This document shows positions 62,765 through 64,000 of a stretch of DNA of 64,000 bases, in pieces (the stretch's first letter is position 1; the number at the start of each line of letters is the position of its first letter). The stretch is from positions 117,614,001-117,678,000 of the forward strand of contig OZ024743.1 of the NCBI GenBank assembly GCA_964016885.1. Reading direction: 5' to 3'. Under the pieces are notes generated by a model that saw nothing but the letters and a program-made list of their open reading frames with translations, had not been told where the DNA came from and made no database searches. This DNA is from Eledone cirrhosa (taxonomy: Eukaryota). The position numbers and the translations under genes were made by a program.

Positions 62765-63159
62765 AAAATGGTATTGTTTCCATGATATGTTTTATAAAAT
62801 TGACATTAATATTAATATTACGAAATAATTATATGGTACATTCATGTATCATGATCAATTGATATTCACCCTAAATATCTAATAGCAAAGCGAAATTTTC
62901 AGTGTGTTTTCAAAACATTCTTATATATTTATGAAATTATTTTGCTATAGGTATGATATGAATTTACTAATATTAATTTTAGTATATAGAACTTGCAACA
63001 GGAATAAGCAAGTTCAATTCAAATATTTATGTTTTACATAAAATTTACTCGTTTCTAAATCATAAATGATTATATTTCTCGAAGTATTTGTTTAATATAA
63101 ATATATTGTGGCGATACTGATGTAATGATGACGTCAAATAGAGAGTCACTAGCTGTACA

Positions 63160-63232
63160 GCCGAAATAGCTCAGTTGGGAGAGCGTTAGACTGAAGATCT
63201 AAAGGTCCCCTGTTTAATCCCGGGTTTCGTCA
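63160..63232 (+). tRNA. tRNA-Phe(GAA) U51, damaged
   Basis: C56T, G71T. Confidence 0.7.
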
Positions 63233-63538
63233 TGCAGACTTATTATTTTCTCAAATATTTCTAATGATTTTGATAGAGAACTATATATGATTTAAATAAC
63301 AATTAATCGAATGGTTCCTTTGTCAGTCATCAAAAAGTCACTTTTATTTTAGTAGACACCAAATAATACCAACTATTAGCAAAACGTCATATAGTTCAGG
63401 TGTGTTTTTGAACATTTAGTTCCGATTCAATAAAGGAGGAATATTAGACGACAATATCAGCTATTCAGTTTATCAATTCAAATAATGTGTTGAACATTCT
63501 AAACGAAACCGTCTATATATGAATGTATAGTAAGAGCT

Positions 63539-63544
63539 GTCTCT

Positions 63545-63578
<34 letters not shown>

Positions 63579-63612
63579 TGAAAGGTTGGTGGTTCAAGTC
63601 CACCCAGGGACG
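63539..63612 (+). tRNA. tRNA-Asn(GTT) U51
   Basis: Array consensus. Confidence 0.92.
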
Positions 63613-63950
63613 TAATAGACTGCTTTTGCTTTAGAAACATTACTAAAAAATCTATATATTTATGTTTACAGCTTGCATTTAGAATTATTTGTAACACTAA
63701 TACATGTTTCAATATATTAGCCTGATAAAGATTAATTTTGCTTTACGTTACCTAAACAATTTCATCTCTACTGGATTGTATTTCACCAAAAATCTTCATA
63801 TTTCTATCTTAAACGAACACTGATCATCATCTGATGGAACATATAAAGTGTATGTTATAAAAAAAATTCAAATGTTTTAACAATCTAAAGTAAATTATAT
63901 TTATGTTTGTTTAAGTTTTTTCGTAAATATACATTCAGCACGCACCATTG

Positions 63951-64000
63951 ATCCGGCTAGCTCAGTCGGTAGAGCAGGAGACACTTAATCTCAGAGTCCA
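63951..64000 (+). pseudogene. tRNA-Lys(CTT) pseudogene U51, cut by window end
   Basis: First 50 nt present. Confidence 0.8.

Larger units (their letters stand above)
1..64000 (+). repeat. Tandem array of a ~1,259-bp unit (tRNA-Phe / tRNA-Asn / pseudo-tRNA-Lys), ~51 copies, open at both ends
   Basis: Sequence recurs with period ~1,259 (Phe starts 241, 1500, 2758 ... 63160); copies differ only by scattered substitutions and indels of 10 bp or less. Confidence 0.99.

Noticed and set aside
16913-63712. Recurrent 73-79-aa minus-strand ORF (MKHVLVLQ...GGLEPPTF...)
   Set aside because: Antisense translation through the tRNA-Asn gene; open only in units where a spacer variant removes a stop codon.
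1-64000. CRISPR array or other repeat-spacer memory system
   Set aside because: Intervening sequences are near-identical between units rather than unique; no cas or other genes.
1-64000. Prokaryotic, phage or organellar tRNA operon
   Set aside because: Sequences match animal cytosolic tRNAs, lack encoded CCA, and each gene has its own downstream T-tract.
1-64000. Entamoeba-type tRNA-STR array
   Set aside because: Spacers contain no internal short tandem repeat blocks and the tRNA sequences are metazoan-like.

Overview
The whole 64 kb window is one uninterrupted head-to-tail tandem array of an AT-rich ~1,259-bp unit (about 51 copies, running off both ends). Each unit carries three same-strand, intronless, CCA-less tRNA-type genes of the animal cytosolic kind: tRNA-Phe(GAA), tRNA-Asn(GTT) and a degenerate tRNA-Lys(CTT). 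No credible protein-coding gene is present. Compared with the canonical metazoan sequences (recalled from memory, not searched), even the array consensus is altered: Phe has a fixed T52:C62 T-stem mismatch, Asn a fixed G30:U40 pair, and Lys about 11 substitutions with a broken T-arm. The Lys changes at positions 49, 50 and 60 match tRNA-Lys(TTT), suggesting a CTT/TTT chimera. Individual copies freely accumulate lesions at invariant tRNA positions, and these lesions are propagated in dimeric and tetrameric higher-order repeats. The locus therefore looks like a tRNA gene cluster turning into satellite DNA. Units (U1-U51) are numbered by their Phe gene; variants were read by eye using standard tRNA numbering.
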